Shown here piece by piece: positions 25,662 through 28,457 of a stretch of 28,457 nt of DNA (within the stretch, counting starts at the first letter, position 1; each line of letters opens with the position of its first letter). The position numbers were made by a program, and so were the translations under genes. This DNA comes from an uncultured Acidimicrobiia bacterium (GTDB lineage: Bacteria; Actinomycetota; Acidimicrobiia; Spongiisociales; Spongiisociaceae): the NCBI GenBank assembly GCA_937900165.1, contig CALCCX010000126.1:1-28457 (forward strand), in the 5' to 3' direction. The notes beneath the pieces were generated by a model. The model did no database searches. It was given only the letters and a program-made list of their open reading frames with translations, and had not been told where the DNA came from.

Positions 25662-26231
25662 TCAGGTGAGGCTGTAGAGCCCGAGATCGGTGAGCCTTCG
25701 CTCCTCATCCGGCGAAAGCGTCACCCGAGGCGGACTAACCAGAATCACCCCTTCGGCGACCTTTTTCATCGTGCCGTCCAACGCGTAGATGAGGCCGCTC
25801 GAGAAATCGACCAGTCTGCGAACCATCTCCACGTCCGCGTCCCTGAGATTGACCACAACCGGCACACGTTCCCTGATCAAGTCGGCGAGTCGTTTCGCGT
25901 CCGAGAAGCTGTTGGCCGTGATCACTTCCGCGTGCCCAGCTCCTCCACCGTAGTCGCCATGCCTCACCACAACACCGGCCTCTGAGCGAACCCGCGGTTC
26001 GGCAGTGGAGCGGCGTCTGGCTGGATCCGGTGGCTCAATACGGCGCGCCCCTCTCGCAGGGTTGAGGGGCCGTGCGGGGGCGGAAGGAGCGTTTTGGGGT
26101 CCGGCTTGGGGCCTCCCAGGAGGACCGGGATCCTTGGGGTCCGGCCGGAAGGCCGAATCCCCGGCTGCGTCCTCGATCTCGTCTTCGTCCACGAGACCGA
26201 GATACAACATTGTCTTCTGCCACAAACTCAT
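25662..26231 (-). CDS. sepF: Cell division protein SepF
   Basis: Amphipathic N-terminus MSLWQKTMLYLGL, Pro-rich linker, VVVNL...RRLVDFSSGLIYALDG. Confidence 0.95.
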   Translation of the reverse strand: MSLWQKTMLYLGLVDEDEIEDAAGDSAFRPDPKDPGPPGRPQAGPQNAPSAPARPLNPARGARRIEPPDPARRRSTAEPRVRSEAGVVVRHGDYGGGAGHAEVITANSFSDAKRLADLIRERVPVVVNLRDADVEMVRRLVDFSSGLIYALDGTMKKVAEGVILVSPPRVTLSPDEERRLTDLGLYSLT

Positions 26232-26246
26232 GAGTAGATCACTTTT

Positions 26247-26903
26247 TCAGCTCAACCTCGGGCCAAAGATAGCCCGTCCAACTCGAATCATCGTTGATCC
26301 CTCCTCGACTGCTATTCCAAAATCGTTGGACATCCCCATCGAAAGCTCGAGACCGGGCCGCCCGTTGGCAGCCAACTCATCCCGTATCTCGCGCAACTGC
26401 CGAAAATATTCTCTGGACCGGTCGGGTTCGGCCACGTTCGGCGGGATGGCCATGAGCCCTACCAACTCAACTCCTATACCCTGCACTGCATCGAACGACG
26501 CGACCGCCTCTGCGGGTTCCACGCCCATCTTTTGAGCCTCCGATCCGATATTCACCTGTAACAACGCCGGCGGGCTGGGGAGTCCTGGACGAGCCCACGC
26601 CCTGGCCAGCTTTGGCCCGTCCATGGAATGAAGCAAAGTGACCACGTCTCGCACCAATCGGACCTTGTTGCGCTGAAGCGGGCCAACCATGTGCCATCGA
26701 ATGTCCTCAGGGAGTTCGGCGACTTTGCGAGCCAGTTCCTGGGCCCGATTCTCCCCAAAATCTCTATGGCCCTGGTCATATACGTCGAGGATCGCTTCGA
26801 TGGGGTGGGTTTTGCTCACCACGATCAGCGTTACGTCGGTTTCTTCGCGCCCGGCATCGGCGGCGGCCTTGGCCAACTCGTCCCTCACCGTCGCATAGCT
26901 CAT
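26247..26903 (-). CDS. yggS: YggS/PLPBP pyridoxal-phosphate homeostasis protein
   Basis: VSKTHP, FGENRAQE, GPLQRNK, LSMGMSND, IRVGRAIFG; ATG at 26903 overlaps the pgeF stop. Confidence 0.95.
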   Translation of the reverse strand: MSYATVRDELAKAAADAGREETDVTLIVVSKTHPIEAILDVYDQGHRDFGENRAQELARKVAELPEDIRWHMVGPLQRNKVRLVRDVVTLLHSMDGPKLARAWARPGLPSPPALLQVNIGSEAQKMGVEPAEAVASFDAVQGIGVELVGLMAIPPNVAEPDRSREYFRQLREIRDELAANGRPGLELSMGMSNDFGIAVEEGSTMIRVGRAIFGPRLS

Positions 26904-27517
26904 GGCAGCCACCCGACTGCGGCCATCCGAGCGTCGGTCCCTGTCCCACGGTGGCTATGGAAGCCATCTCCGCACCGGGTGCACGCATCACTCTTCCAGA
27001 TCTCGATCTCTCCGAGTTGGGAGCCAATAGCGGTTTGCAGATCAACACTGCGCGTTTGCCATGAGGTCGTTGCAGCAAACTCGCCAAACGTTTCAGCTAC
27101 CTCCTGGCCCACCTCGAAGCAGCAAGATTGAATTCCAGGGCCGATCGCGGCGCGCTGAACAGGGTCCCCGAGAAAGCGGAATCCTCGCACTGCCGCAGAC
27201 ACGATGTTCGCGGCGGTTCCTCGCCAGCCGGCATGCACGACACCCACCGATCCCTCCGCCTCCAACACCACGCCGAAGCAGTCTGCGGTGAACGTTGCAA
27301 TTGGCAGACCGGCGGTGCGGGTCGCAATTCCGTCAGCATCTCCCAGGTCTCCGGGAATGGTCGCGATGCTGATCGCAGAACCATGGACCTGGTTTACAGT
27401 CGCCCACTGCACCGGGATCCCCAGCGCAACGCTGATCGCCTCGCGTGACGTCGTCAGGGCATCGCCCTCATGGGCGGTAGTGAACGCGACGCCCCGAAAG
27501 CCGGGCGGCCTGATCAT
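26900..27517 (-). CDS. pgeF: PgeF/YfiH-family peptidoglycan editing factor (purine nucleoside phosphorylase-like)
   Basis: QVHG, DGIAT, TADC, HAGWRG, CTRC...HSHR; directly after ftsZ with ATGA overlap. Confidence 0.92.
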   Translation of the reverse strand: MIRPPGFRGVAFTTAHEGDALTTSREAISVALGIPVQWATVNQVHGSAISIATIPGDLGDADGIATRTAGLPIATFTADCFGVVLEAEGSVGVVHAGWRGTAANIVSAAVRGFRFLGDPVQRAAIGPGIQSCCFEVGQEVAETFGEFAATTSWQTRSVDLQTAIGSQLGEIEIWKSDACTRCGDGFHSHRGTGTDARMAAVGWLP

Positions 27518-28410
27518 CCCTCGACGAAGTCAGGGATATCGAAGGGATCGTTTTCGTCCTCGTCGAACAGCGGAGCAGACGCCGGGGTGGGAGTGCGACT
27601 GGTTGAGACTCCGCTGGCGATCCCCCTGGCCCCTGGCCGCCGGCTACGCTCGAAACCTGCAGCTATCACGGTCACCCTGACCTCCTCGCCAAGGGTGTCG
27701 TCCACAACGGCGCCAAAGATGATCTGAGCATCATCATCACAAAGCACGTTGACCGCGGACGCAGCCTCGTTCACCTCATGCAACGTCATTCCTGGTGGAC
27801 CCGCCACAGAAAGAAGCACTCCCCTGGCGCCTTCCATCGACGTTTCGAGCAGGGGCGAAGACATCGCTCTGTCGGCCGACTGTTGGGCCCGCCCCTCACC
27901 AGAAGCCTTGCCGATTCCCATCACCGCTGTCCCGGCGTCGGCCAATACTGTGCGCACATCCGCGAAGTCGACGTTGATGAGCCCTGGCGTGGTAATCAGG
28001 TCGGTGATCCCGGAGACACCGTTCATGAGAATCTCGTCTGCCATCGTGAACGCGTCAACCATCGACATCGAAGTGTCGGCCAACGCCAGGAGCTTGTCGT
28101 TCGGAATAACGATCAGCGTGTCGACTGCCTCGCGGAGATCTGCGATGCCCTGCTCTGCCTGGAGGGAACGCCGCCTGCCTTCAAAACCAAACGGCCTGGT
28201 CACCACACCCACGGTGAGGGCGCCCAGATTCCTGGCCACTTCGGCTACTATCGGCGCCCCACCGGTTCCGGTTCCGCCTCCTTCTCCAGCGGTGACGAAC
28301 ACCATGTCAGCGCCCTTGAGAACATCTTCGAGTTCTTCCCTGTGAGCCTCTGCCGCTGCCTTGCCAACCTCGGGATTCGCGCCGGCCCCTAGTCCCCTCG
28401 TGACTTCGCG
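27514..28410 (-). CDS. ftsZ: Cell division protein FtsZ, N-terminally truncated by the contig end
   Basis: [13 protein letters not shown], tubulin signature GGGTGTG, INVDFAD, C-terminal DIPDF peptide; the frame is open up to the adapter. Confidence 0.99.
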   Translation of the reverse strand, partial: REVTRGLGAGANPEVGKAAAEAHREELEDVLKGADMVFVTAGEGGGTGTGGAPIVAEVARNLGALTVGVVTRPFGFEGRRRSLQAEQGIADLREAVDTLIVIPNDKLLALADTSMSMVDAFTMADEILMNGVSGITDLITTPGLINVDFADVRTVLADAGTAVMGIGKASGEGRAQQSADRAMSSPLLETSMEGARGVLLSVAGPPGMTLHEVNEAASAVNVLCDDDAQIIFGAVVDDTLGEEVRVTVIAAGFERSRRPGARGIASGVSTSRTPTPASAPLFDEDENDPFDIPDFVEG

Positions 28411-28457
28411 AGATCGGAAGAGCGTCGTGTAGGGAAAGAGTGTAGATCTCGGTGGTC
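28411..28457 (+). other. Illumina TruSeq universal adapter read-through (not genomic)
   Basis: AGATCGGAAGAGCGTCGTGTAGGGAAAGAGTGTAGATCTCGGTGGTC, with no i5 index. Confidence 0.99.

Overview
A 28.3-kb genomic contig (about 112-28410) with untrimmed Illumina TruSeq adapters at both ends, so trpB and ftsZ are truncated by the assembly. Gene content, gene order and TAnnnT promoters point to a GC-rich actinobacterium; Acidimicrobiia-like is my inference and needs a phylogenetic check. The right half is core housekeeping: ftsZ-pgeF-yggS-sepF-yggT-divIVA, an oppositely oriented type-2 ileS, then dksA/traR-lspA-rluA-dnaE. The left end is a trp cluster (trpE-ygfZ-trpC-trpF-trpB). Between them is a mixed block: ccdA, an MFS transporter, a doubly disrupted MATE pseudogene, nth, xpt, an Stf0 sulfotransferase, thyA, a non-pyrrolysine MttB-family methyltransferase and a tandem ArsA/Get3-like ATPase pair. 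I found no rRNA, tRNA, CRISPR array, transposase, integrase, intein or defence system. The least explained signals are three structured intergenic elements: a candidate ~158-nt minus-strand sRNA (9372-9529), an RBS-sequestering multi-stem leader of the MFS gene (5147-5264) and a 216-bp element with 25-bp inverted arms (8494-8709). All folds were worked out by eye and no database search was run.
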